Assembly: GCA_964484505.1 (NCBI GenBank)
Contig: CAZAFB010000004.1
Span: 23,265-87,264, forward strand
Source: an uncultured Bdellovibrionales bacterium
GTDB lineage: Bacteria; Patescibacteriota; Minisyncoccia; Moranbacterales; GWC2-37-73
Reading direction: 5' to 3'
DNA length: 64,000 nucleotides
Shown here: positions 27,718-35,893 of the stretch, in pieces
Layout of the letters: each line of letters starts with the position of its first letter
Position numbering within the stretch: position 1 is the first letter of the stretch
The notes under the pieces: generated by a model
What the model was told of the DNA's origin: nothing
The model's input: only the letters and a program-made list of their open reading frames with translations
The model's database searches: none
Position numbers and translations under genes: made by a program

Positions 27718-28020
27718 ATGGAAAATCAAATTGAGTACAATGATTTTAAGGAAAGGTTCAAAAAAAGATTTTCTCGATATTCCTATCTGTGCAAGCTTCT
27801 TGATGAGGATAAAATGGAGGAATTTGAAAAGCAATTCAAGCATTTTTTCCTTACGAAGCTAGGATCATTTGCAAACATCATAGAGAACGTTACGGCACAT
27901 AAGGCAGACAAGGAAGATTTGAATTTTATTTCTTCCGACGCTGTTGCAGCAGCAGTGCTTTTCATGGAATGGTGTAAAATTTCTGGAAAAACATTAGAAC
28001 AGATATTTAGCACCCCCTAA
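27718..28020 (+). CDS. hypothetical protein with canonical promoter and SD
   Basis: In-frame ATG preceded by AAGGAG; hairpin plus T-tract follows. Confidence 0.45.
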   Translation: MENQIEYNDFKERFKKRFSRYSYLCKLLDEDKMEEFEKQFKHFFLTKLGSFANIIENVTAHKADKEDLNFISSDAVAAAVLFMEWCKISGKTLEQIFSTP

Positions 28021-28346
28021 ACAACCCGCCAGCAATAAACAGTAAGCTCACTGTATTGCCAGGTGGGTTTTCTGTTTTTATAGCAAAGTTTTAATATTGT
28101 CCAAGCTCATATTTTCTGTATTTATAAAAGAAGCTCAATCTTTCTCCATAGCTCGGAGTTTCTTTATGAAATGGTTTTTTGTTACTATGTGCTTGAAATA
28201 TAAGGGAAATGGGAATATTATTTAGACATATCAATGATATTTTGTTACTTAGCATGCTACGTAACAAAGTCGATATGTAGGCTGGTACGTTTTGGAAATT
28301 TAATGTTTCATCAGTTCCCAGTTTTTTGTGGTAAGTTGTTAGTTGT

Positions 28347-29825
28347 TTGTTAATCCGTATGCATAAATCGCAAGTATTTTTCTTGTTGGTCTTGAGTTTT
28401 CTGGGGGGAGTTTTTGTGCGGTCATTTTTTGAGATTGGCTTGGTGACATATTTTTTGCTGATAATATTTGCGCTCATTATTCTCGCGGTATTCTATAAAA
28501 ACAGCAAAGCGGCTCTGGTCGCTTTTTTATTTTTGTCTTTTGCCTTCGGGCTTTGGCGCACTAGTATTTCTCTTGGAAATGTAGGGCAATATGACAAGCC
28601 CGGAATTATAAAAAATGTCGAGGCGGTGGTTGTTCAGGAGCCTGATGAGAAAGATACATACAAGAATGTAACTTTAGAATTTGAATATAATGGTGAATTA
28701 GCAAAAGCGTTGGCCATGGTTGATAGAAATTTTGATATTGTATACGGCGACAGGGTTAATGTTTCTTGCAATTTGGAAATTCCACAAAATAAAGATTCCA
28801 AGTTTGATTATCGAATGTATTTGGCTAAGGATGGCGTCGGTTATGTTTGCAAAAAAGCGCAAATCGAAAAAATATCCGGTGGCAGAAGCGGCGTGTATAA
28901 ATACCTGTTGTCGCTGAAAAGTGTTTTGCAAAAAAATATTTTTGAAGCGATGCCTGTGCCGGAATCAGCCTTGGCAAGCGGCATGTTGTTTGGTGGTACA
29001 AGCGGTCTTTCAGAAAAGGTGAAAAACAATTTTTCTAAAACAGGACTTACGCATATCGTAGCTGTTTCAGGTTTCAATGTGACGATCATTGCGGAATATC
29101 TTTTGACGCTGGGAATATTTTTGGGGCTGTGGCGAAAACAAGCACTTTGGGCTGCACTAATCGGCATACTTCTGTTTATTGCCATGATTGGTTTCCCTTC
29201 GTCGGCGGTGCGCGCCGGCATCATGGGCGGCATGCTGATTTGGGCGATGAAACATGGACGCATCGCCGAGAGTACAAATGCAATTTTGTTTTCGGCGGCA
29301 ATTATGTTGCTTCTCAATCCACTGCTGCTTCGCTATGATGTTGGTTTTCAACTTTCCTTTCTGGCAACGCTTGGTATTGTTATGCTTTCGCCGCTTTGGG
29401 AAAAAGGATTTGTGAAAAAACATAAAGCTCTCGGTATCACGGAAATGATCATGCTGACAATTAGCGCTTCAGTTTTCGTGCTGCCGATCATTATGTATAA
29501 TTTCGGCACCCTGTCGCTAATTTCCATTTTGGCGAATGTTGCAGTTTTGCCTTTTGTACCACTGGCGATGCTTTTGATCTTCATTGTTTCTTTAATGGGA
29601 GTATTGTCGCCATATTTGGCAATGCTGTTTGCTTGGTTGGTTTACATAATTAATCATTATATTATTACGATAGTAAGCATGTTGGCAGATCTCAGTTGGT
29701 CTTCCAAGAATGTTGCCATGTCTGTTTGGATGGTTCTAATATATTATATTATTCTCTTTGGTGTTTTGTGGTTATTAAAAAATGTTAAAATAAAAAAACA
29801 AAGCATTTTATCATCATATGTATAA
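28347..29825 (+). CDS. comEC: ComEC/Rec2 competence protein, membrane channel (competence) domain
   Basis: Polytopic; GLTHIVAVSGFNVTII motif. Confidence 0.75.
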   Translation: MLIRMHKSQVFFLLVLSFLGGVFVRSFFEIGLVTYFLLIIFALIILAVFYKNSKAALVAFLFLSFAFGLWRTSISLGNVGQYDKPGIIKNVEAVVVQEPDEKDTYKNVTLEFEYNGELAKALAMVDRNFDIVYGDRVNVSCNLEIPQNKDSKFDYRMYLAKDGVGYVCKKAQIEKISGGRSGVYKYLLSLKSVLQKNIFEAMPVPESALASGMLFGGTSGLSEKVKNNFSKTGLTHIVAVSGFNVTIIAEYLLTLGIFLGLWRKQALWAALIGILLFIAMIGFPSSAVRAGIMGGMLIWAMKHGRIAESTNAILFSAAIMLLLNPLLLRYDVGFQLSFLATLGIVMLSPLWEKGFVKKHKALGITEMIMLTISASVFVLPIIMYNFGTLSLISILANVAVLPFVPLAMLLIFIVSLMGVLSPYLAMLFAWLVYIINHYIITIVSMLADLSWSSKNVAMSVWMVLIYYIILFGVLWLLKNVKIKKQSILSSYV

Positions 29826-30690
29826 TCGCAAAATTATCTTTAGTATCATCATGCTACTCGTCATTCTCGGCTGTGTTGTTTGGGCAGTGGTGCTTTTCGA
29901 GCACCGACAATTTGGGCTAAGTGTAACTTTTTTCGATGTGGGGCAGGGTGATGCAATTTTGATTTCACAAGGCTCGCAGCAGATTTTGATTGATGGTGGG
30001 CGCGACGGAAATCTTCTTTTGGAAAAGTTGGGCAAAGCAATTCCTTTTTGGGACCGCACAATTGAGACCGTGATCGCTACGCATCCTGATGCGGATCATA
30101 TTGCCGGGCTTGTTGATGTTGCAAAGGCATATAAAATTGGCTCAGTGATTGAGACGGACATGAAAAGCGACTCGCAAACATATAGGGCATGGGAAGACAT
30201 GATTGTTAAAGAGGGAAGTGAGCGCATCGAAGCTTTGGCTGGCGAAAAAATAATTTTGAAAGACGGCGCGGAGATGAGTATTCTATTTCCATTTAACAAC
30301 ATCTCCAATGCTGATGAAAAAAACAGCAATGCAACAAGTGTGGTCGCAAAGTTGTCATATGGCGAAAACAAATTTTTGTTTACGGGTGATCTGCCCAGCG
30401 AGCAAGAGGCGGAGTTGGTGGATAAAAAAATGGAGCTTAGCTCCGATGTGCTAAAAGTGGGACATCATGGTTCGAAATATTCCACGAGTGAAAAATTTCT
30501 TGATGTCGTAAGTCCCAAGAGTGCTGTCATTTCAGTCGGTGCGCATAATACTTACGGTCATCCCGGACAGGAAATAATCGACCGTCTTTTGCATCGCGGA
30601 GTTGATATTCTGCGTACGGATAAGTCTGGAGATATTGGATATAACTGTAAAAGTAAAGAATCAACTTGCGCGATGAGCGTGGAAAGATAA
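29818..30690 (+). CDS. ComEC metallo-beta-lactamase domain protein (separate ORF)
   Basis: FFDVGQGDAILI, HPDADH; N-terminal TM helix; overlaps the upstream ORF by 8 nt in another frame. Confidence 0.7.
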   Translation: MYNRKIIFSIIMLLVILGCVVWAVVLFEHRQFGLSVTFFDVGQGDAILISQGSQQILIDGGRDGNLLLEKLGKAIPFWDRTIETVIATHPDADHIAGLVDVAKAYKIGSVIETDMKSDSQTYRAWEDMIVKEGSERIEALAGEKIILKDGAEMSILFPFNNISNADEKNSNATSVVAKLSYGENKFLFTGDLPSEQEAELVDKKMELSSDVLKVGHHGSKYSTSEKFLDVVSPKSAVISVGAHNTYGHPGQEIIDRLLHRGVDILRTDKSGDIGYNCKSKESTCAMSVER

Positions 30691-30740
30691 AAAGAACCCA
30701 TGCGAAACGCAGTTCACATGGGTGCGGGTGAGTCGTCTCC

Positions 30741-31196
30741 TTAGGCGGCTGTTTTCTTTTCTGAATTGTTCTCTATGCGCGGAATGGGATTAGGAGTTTC
30801 ATCCAGAACAGGAGTTGCCGCAGAAAGTGGCTCCATGTATCTGCAATTTTTTCCTATAGGGCATTCTGCTTCCTTGAGGAAATTTATGGAGATTGCATTG
30901 AAAATGAATCTGCCGCTGTTGCCTAGCTCAAGGTGACCGGCCACCATTGCTTTTGCAATATGACCAAAATTTGTTTTCTTGCCGATTTTCTCCATGATTT
31001 CAGTGATTATTTTTTTGCCTTTGATGTGATCGCATTTCATGGAGCCGGAAAGCGGCAAACATTTAACTTTGGCATCAGCGGCTTTAAATTCAATGTATTT
31101 GCCTTTCTTGCCAAGGTCACTGATGAAAACCTCAAGTTCACCTGTGGTGCGGTAGCGCAACAGAAGTTCGCTGTGATTACAGGGCATCAGTTCCAT
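30741..31196 (-). CDS. hypothetical Cys/His-rich protein
   Basis: Minus-strand ORF with scattered Cys/His; no family recognised. Confidence 0.35.
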   Translation of the reverse strand: MELMPCNHSELLLRYRTTGELEVFISDLGKKGKYIEFKAADAKVKCLPLSGSMKCDHIKGKKIITEIMEKIGKKTNFGHIAKAMVAGHLELGNSGRFIFNAISINFLKEAECPIGKNCRYMEPLSAATPVLDETPNPIPRIENNSEKKTAA

Positions 31197-31378
31197 GTTG
31201 TTTTCCCCCTTTGTTTGAGTTTATTCCATTTGGAAAATGTTTTGCCATGTATTCCTCAAAAGTCATGCAATTCCCCTTTTTGCAACATGAAGATTTTTTT
31301 ACAATGATATTGTGTTTTATAGCAAAATCTTTAAATTCAGGACAAGGCATGCATGGTCTCCAAAAAGTTAAATTGGTC

Positions 31379-31774
31379 TTAGGGAAACAATCCATTAAGA
31401 ATTTTCATATTTTCGCGGAGTCTTTTTTCAGAAGGAATTTCTTCTCTCAATTGCTCTGTGGTGCAGCTGAATTTGAGCAGAGAAGCATAGAGTGTGAGAG
31501 GTTTCCTATCGCGATACTCCAGCTCTCCGTTCAGACTGACATCTGCGAAGGGAACCCGGTTCGTCTCTCTTGCGATGTGACTGAGCATGAAAGAAATACG
31601 GTCCTTATTTTCAAAAAAAGAAATTGGACCAAACAGCACGCCATCGAGGATATATTCCACTGTCGCTTCGTTTAAATCGATAGCAACATGTCCTATGCCG
31701 CTGATGTATGCCGTCTCCGGGTAGCCACCTCTTAGTTTTACCGATGTCCGCATGTTCCTGCAAGTATATCCCAT
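31379..31774 (-). CDS. hypothetical protein
   Basis: Minus-strand ORF; no family recognised. Confidence 0.35.
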   Translation of the reverse strand: MGYTCRNMRTSVKLRGGYPETAYISGIGHVAIDLNEATVEYILDGVLFGPISFFENKDRISFMLSHIARETNRVPFADVSLNGELEYRDRKPLTLYASLLKFSCTTEQLREEIPSEKRLRENMKILNGLFP

Positions 31775-31926
31775 GGTTCACTCCTTTCCCTTTTTTGTTG
31801 GTAAATGACTGCTTTTTATATATCATTCACCGAGAAAAAAAGCAAACTGTTGCCTAATTAATAACATATGTTACAATAATCCCAGCGGACAGTCCGCTTT
31901 TATTATAATCATATAAATTCAACAAA

Positions 31927-32529
31927 ATGGAACATCCAAGAAAGGAACAAACATTCATAATCTTGAAACCTGATGCGATTCAGCGTGGCTTCATGGGAGA
32001 GATTATTTCACGTATTGAAAGAACGGGACTTAAATTCACTGCAATGAAATTTTTCGTGCCCAAAGAAGATCAATGTTGGCAGCATTATAACAAAGATGAT
32101 GCCTGGTTTGAATCCAAAGGAGCTCGTATCGTAGCCGACCGCGAAGCAGCAGGACTTCCGATTGAAAAGGAAGCTAAGGAATACGGTAAGGATATCATTC
32201 GCCAATTGGCGGTGTTTATGACTTCCGGGCCGGTGCTTGCGGCGGTGATCGAAGGTAATCAGGCAGTGAATATTGTAACTAAACTTGTGGGAGGAACGGA
32301 ACCGACAACTTCGGACGTCGGAACAATTCGTGGTGATTTGACTATCGATTCATATGCGATGGCAGGAGTTGATGGGCGCGCGGTGCGTAATTTGATCCAC
32401 TGCTCAGACAAACCAGAAGAAGCGCAAAGAGAGATTAAGATTTGGTTTGCGGAAGAAGAAATTGTAAAATATCGTCTGATCAATGAACAGATGCTCTACG
32501 ATGTGAATTTGGATGGGATACTGGAATAG
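31927..32529 (+). CDS. ndk: nucleoside diphosphate kinase with insertions
   Basis: FIILKPDAIQRG, FMTSGP, NLIHCSD (catalytic His); 200 aa against the usual ~140. Confidence 0.8.
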   Translation: MEHPRKEQTFIILKPDAIQRGFMGEIISRIERTGLKFTAMKFFVPKEDQCWQHYNKDDAWFESKGARIVADREAAGLPIEKEAKEYGKDIIRQLAVFMTSGPVLAAVIEGNQAVNIVTKLVGGTEPTTSDVGTIRGDLTIDSYAMAGVDGRAVRNLIHCSDKPEEAQREIKIWFAEEEIVKYRLINEQMLYDVNLDGILE

Positions 32530-32799
32530 TTGAATAGGTATTAGGCTTTTAGGCATTAATTACTTAGGAAATATTAGGGAATACAAATGTAAAAATATGA
32601 AAAGTCGGCTGTGATGGTCGGCTTTTATTTTATCCACAGAGCATGATTTGACAGCAGTTAAATAAGGTATAAAATGAATTCATGCAATATAACTCTGTAA
32701 AAATGATGCTCGTGCTCTTTGTGAGCCTCCTATTTGGGAGCCATTTTTCGCCGGGTTATTGCAAAGCATAAAGTTTGGAAAATAGTTCGAAGCAAGCAA

Positions 32800-32824
32800 C
32801 CCGGCAAGATCGCCGGGATTTTTG
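32800..32824 (+). terminator. intrinsic terminator with an upstream alternative (anti-terminator) pairing
   Basis: CCCGGC-aagatc-GCCGGG plus T-run; GCCGGGTT (32750-57) can pair instead with AACCCGGC (32798-805). Confidence 0.55.
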
Positions 32825-32921
32825 TTGGTCATCGAAATTTCAATTTCGCAATGAACAACAATCCTGTCGGATGACGGGATTAGTTCTTAAATAACTAAAT
32901 AAAAAAGGGAGGGATCTGGCC

Positions 32922-33119
32922 ATGAATAATGATGTTGCGGTGGTAAATGAGAATCTTCGTGGTTTCCCGGCGGCTGATGCTGAAAATTGGCGCGAGCTCA
33001 ATGAATTGGAATATGTAATAAATAATGCGAAAGGAGGATTCGTGGGGGATTTTACAAAGATTGTCGCGAGGTTTATTTGCTTGAAGAGGAAGTTGGGTTT
33101 GCCGTTAGATATCTGGTAA
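32922..33119 (+). CDS. small hypothetical protein (65 aa), SD-led
   Basis: GGGAGGG SD 8 nt upstream of the ATG. Confidence 0.35.
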   Translation: MNNDVAVVNENLRGFPAADAENWRELNELEYVINNAKGGFVGDFTKIVARFICLKRKLGLPLDIW

Positions 33120-33136
33120 AAAAAGGAGGAGATATC

Positions 33137-33346
33137 ATGGAAATAAGCATGGCTGGGGACAAACGTTTCGAAGTTTATGCTGAGTTATGCCGTGAGACAG
33201 TTCAGATCAGACTTAAATTGGATAGGAATGATATTTCGGCAGACAAGAGAATAAGACTTTCTAACCGCTTAGGGGATCTGGTGAATAGGATCATACCGAG
33301 GCATGTTGAAAGGATCAACTTTTCCGACTACAAACGTTTCAAATAG
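33137..33346 (+). CDS. small hypothetical protein (69 aa), SD-led
   Basis: AAGGAGGA SD; in-frame ATG inside the track ORF 33077..33346. Confidence 0.4.
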   Translation: MEISMAGDKRFEVYAELCRETVQIRLKLDRNDISADKRIRLSNRLGDLVNRIIPRHVERINFSDYKRFK

Positions 33347-33481
33347 CGTTTGATAAAGCGGTTTTTTCGAAAGTTAAAACTGACAAAAAGTCGGCCGAAA
33401 ACATCGGTCGCATACATGGGGAGTGTAAGTCCTTTGACCAAGGCAGCTCCCCGCGCAATTTTTTAAAGAAGGAGAAAAGAT

Positions 33482-33622
33482 ATGAACAAAAGTGATGAAA
33501 AAAAATTGAAGACCATTGAATCCGAACTGAAAAAGCGCAACTTTATTGACACCGGTCATCTTGATGGTTTACTGGCACAACGTGCCTTGATTTTACTGCT
33601 TAATCGTCCTCGCCTTTTGTGA
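33482..33622 (+). CDS. small hypothetical protein (46 aa), SD-led
   Basis: AAGGAG 7 nt upstream; followed by a hairpin plus T-run terminator. Below the ORF-track cutoff. Confidence 0.3.
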   Translation: MNKSDEKKLKTIESELKKRNFIDTGHLDGLLAQRALILLLNRPRLL

Positions 33623-33751
33623 TAACATTATCCATCGCGATAATTGTAATAGTTGTGGAGCGTTCTTTTTGAATGCTCCTTTTGATTTTTCTTTTGCGTA
33701 TGATAAGCTATAAAAAACGGGGCGTGGGGCAGTGGTAGCCCGCGAGCATGG

Positions 33752-33865
33752 CCCTGAAGTAAATTTTTCGGGCTGTAGTATACCGGTAGTACGCGTCCAT
33801 GGGGTGGATGTAGACCGGGTTCAATTCCCGGCAGCCCGACAATTATCCGAAAAATTACTTCAGGG
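33752..33865 (+). repeat. 19/20-bp inverted repeat (CCCTGAAGTAAATTTTTCGG / CCGAAAAATTACTTCAGGG) bracketing tRNA-Pro
   Basis: Near-perfect reverse complements at 33752-33771 and 33847-33865. Confidence 0.85.
33769..33839 (+). tRNA. tRNA-Pro (anticodon GGG)
   Basis: Acceptor CGGGCTG/CAGCCCG (C1-G72 typical of bacterial tRNA-Pro, A73), D arm, anticodon stem CGTCC/GGATG, loop ATGGGGT (U33, G37), T arm CCGGG-TTCAATT-CCCGG; CCA not encoded. Confidence 0.8.
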
Positions 33866-34024
33866 TAGAGGTGTTTGCTTGCCCCGCACTAAGCTTGCTT
33901 TGGTGCTGAGGTAGCGGCGGTTCGATTCCGCCTGTCCCGACCACGTAAAATTGTTACGCAATCACGTGGCATAGCCAGAAAAATTGCTGTGCAATAGCGC
34001 ATAGCCTTGGAATTGTTACGTAGC

Positions 34025-34038
34025 TAGTTACGTAACTA
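34025..34038 (+). promoter_or_regulatory. perfect 14-bp palindrome TAGTTACGTAACTA 6 nt upstream of the NUDIX gene start (operator-like)
   Basis: Self-complementary; related GTTACG / TTACGTAA motifs recur at 33950-34023 and 34610-34630. Confidence 0.5.
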
Positions 34039-34044
34039 AAAAAT

Positions 34045-34506
34045 ATGACTGAAAACCAAAACATAATCAGCGAGAGGGCGGCGGCGATCATCATTAAAGA
34101 CGATGATATTTTGCTGATGCATCGAAGAAAGCACGGCAGGGAATATTTTGCAGTTCCCGGTGGGCAAGTTGAAAAGGGGGAAACGCCGCAGATTGCCGCC
34201 CAGCGCGAGGTGAAAGAGGAAACAAATTTGGACGTAGAAATAGGCGAGATGCTACTTTCTTTTGAGCGGGATATCTATGAAGAAAATGGTATTGCTGAAT
34301 ATCATGAAAAAAGTGGTGGCAGGGTAAAAGAATATTTTTTTCTGGCGAAAAGCATTTTCGGTGAAACTAAACTTGGCGGCCCGGAACTAGAAAGACAGAG
34401 TGAAGAAAATTTCCATGAACTCCAGTGGGTTAAGCTTTGTGAGATAAAAAATATACCGCTCCTGCCGGAGAGAGTTAAGGAATTATTGGTTGAGAATTTC
34501 GGATAA
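34045..34506 (+). CDS. NUDIX hydrolase
   Basis: Nudix box GGQVEKGETPQIAAQREVKEETN. Confidence 0.85.
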   Translation: MTENQNIISERAAAIIIKDDDILLMHRRKHGREYFAVPGGQVEKGETPQIAAQREVKEETNLDVEIGEMLLSFERDIYEENGIAEYHEKSGGRVKEYFFLAKSIFGETKLGGPELERQSEENFHELQWVKLCEIKNIPLLPERVKELLVENFG

Positions 34507-34631
34507 TAGCCCAAAGTAATACGAATCTTGTACGAATATACAAATGACTTAAAACGTCTTTCGGTTAAGGTTATGATGCCCGTTTGGTTTAATGGTTAGG
34601 GTTACGGCTTAATGCCGAATTACGTAACCAC

Positions 34632-34654
34632 TAAACGACCCGGGCTTCGTAACC
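34632..34654 (+). repeat. 23-nt dispersed repeat TAAACGAcccGGGCTTCGTAACC (copy 1)
   Basis: 19/23 identical to 37746-37768. Confidence 0.7.
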
Positions 34655-34677
34655 GATAAACATAAAACGAGCGCTTA

Positions 34678-35865
34678 ATGTACAGACTCAGAAAAATACT
34701 CCTAGTCATCTTTCAAATCCTGCTGCTCGGAGGTGTTTTGTGGTATCTTGCTGATTCGCCGATAGTCAAGAAAAAAGTCGAGACAACACTTACTGATATT
34801 CAACAAAATGCGGCAGAAACAAACATAACCTTTCCTGCGCCGTCCGGTTCTTTCGAGCAAACTTTTGAATGGTCGTATGCGGGCAAAAAATATTCAGTCT
34901 CGCAAACTTTCTATAATTCCTACACCCAATATTATCAGACACTTCCACGGGAATATTCTTATGCTGGCGCATTGCCTGCCGATTGGCAAGAAAAATATTA
35001 TGGTATTTTTCTTGATACGAGCGCCAAGGACCAAACCATCAAAGCATTGGCGGATAAGATAACTACAACGGGGAAAAAACAAAATCTTTCAGATGATCAA
35101 ATAGTAGATCTTGTTATCGCTTTTGTACAAACCATTACCTATGATGACGCCAAAGCGGCAAACATAACCAGTCAGACCGGCAATACGGATATTCGTTATC
35201 CGTATGAAGTTTTGCTGGAAAGAGCGGGAGTGTGTAGTGAAAAGAGTATCCTCGCTGCCGCACTCTTGCGTCATTTGGGATATGGTAATGTCTTGTTGGC
35301 TTTTGAACAAGCCAATCACATGGCCGTCGGCATCAAATGTCCGTCGCAATATGCCAATTATCCCAGTGGCTATTGCTATGCAGAGACCACGACCGAGGGC
35401 AATCGTGTCGGCATCATCCCACAAGTGGATACAAACAAGGGAAAGGCAGTGGGAATGAGCGAGGCGCAGTATTTTGGTTCTTCTGATGGACAACAAACAA
35501 ACTTGGCCGAACTTGCTAGTCCGGATTTCTATCAAAAACAAGATGGCAAAGAATATCGTGGCATCATTGCGACGATCAAGACAAATGAAGAGATTCAATC
35601 GCTTTCCAAACAGATCGCTTCCATGCGTAGCCAACTCAAAGAGCTTAGTAGCTCAATTGCAGAGAAAATTGATGAATTGCAAAGTATGAAGAAAAAAATG
35701 GATAAGTATGAAAAGGCAGGTGATGTTGATGAATATAATGAGATGGTCAAACCATACAATAAGCTTGCAGATTCCTATAGTAAAGATGTTTCTTCCTATA
35801 ACACGCTGGTGGATTCTTTAAATCAGAAAGTGAAGAGATATAACTCGCTAGTGTCAGTGCAGTAG
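34678..35865 (+). CDS. membrane-anchored transglutaminase-like cysteine protease domain protein with C-terminal coiled coil
   Basis: N-terminal TM; GVCSEKSILAAALLRHLGY (Cys) and NHMAVGI (His). Confidence 0.5.
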   Translation: MYRLRKILLVIFQILLLGGVLWYLADSPIVKKKVETTLTDIQQNAAETNITFPAPSGSFEQTFEWSYAGKKYSVSQTFYNSYTQYYQTLPREYSYAGALPADWQEKYYGIFLDTSAKDQTIKALADKITTTGKKQNLSDDQIVDLVIAFVQTITYDDAKAANITSQTGNTDIRYPYEVLLERAGVCSEKSILAAALLRHLGYGNVLLAFEQANHMAVGIKCPSQYANYPSGYCYAETTTEGNRVGIIPQVDTNKGKAVGMSEAQYFGSSDGQQTNLAELASPDFYQKQDGKEYRGIIATIKTNEEIQSLSKQIASMRSQLKELSSSIAEKIDELQSMKKKMDKYEKAGDVDEYNEMVKPYNKLADSYSKDVSSYNTLVDSLNQKVKRYNSLVSVQ

Positions 35866-35893
35866 GGAATAAATTAGAACACAAAATTTTTAT

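Larger units (their letters stand above)
33718..33943 (+). tRNA. tRNA-like gene (5' acceptor and D arm, then T arm GGCGG-TTCGATT-CCGCC with encoded CCA) whose halves are separated by about 165 nt containing tRNA-Pro; candidate intron-containing or split tRNA
   Basis: CGGGGCG pairs with TGTCCCG (2 G-U); D arm GGGC-AGTGGTA-GCCC; CGAGC can pair with GCTTG as an anticodon stem across the insert. Confidence 0.35.

Noticed and set aside
28091-28477. 128-aa minus-strand ORF upstream of and overlapping the comEC start
   Set aside because: It overlaps the comEC N-terminus by 130 nt, has a Lys-rich low-complexity translation and no start signals. The 28080-28346 interval is more likely a non-coding promoter region.
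31211-31675. 154-aa + strand ORF between and overlapping the two minus-strand genes
   Set aside because: It overlaps the 131-aa minus-strand gene almost completely. Cys-rich low-complexity translation is typical of a wrong-frame read.
33374-33559. 61-aa minus-strand ORF
   Set aside because: It overlaps an SD-led + strand small ORF and a terminator hairpin and has no start context.
33732-33914. 60-aa + strand ORF
   Set aside because: It lies entirely within the tRNA-Pro / tRNA-like locus; the sequence is better explained as structural RNA.
34561-34620. tRNA-like appearance of GGTTTAATGGTTAGGGTTACGG
   Set aside because: There is no T-loop or acceptor pairing; it is a cluster of GGTTA repeats belonging to the short-repeat families.
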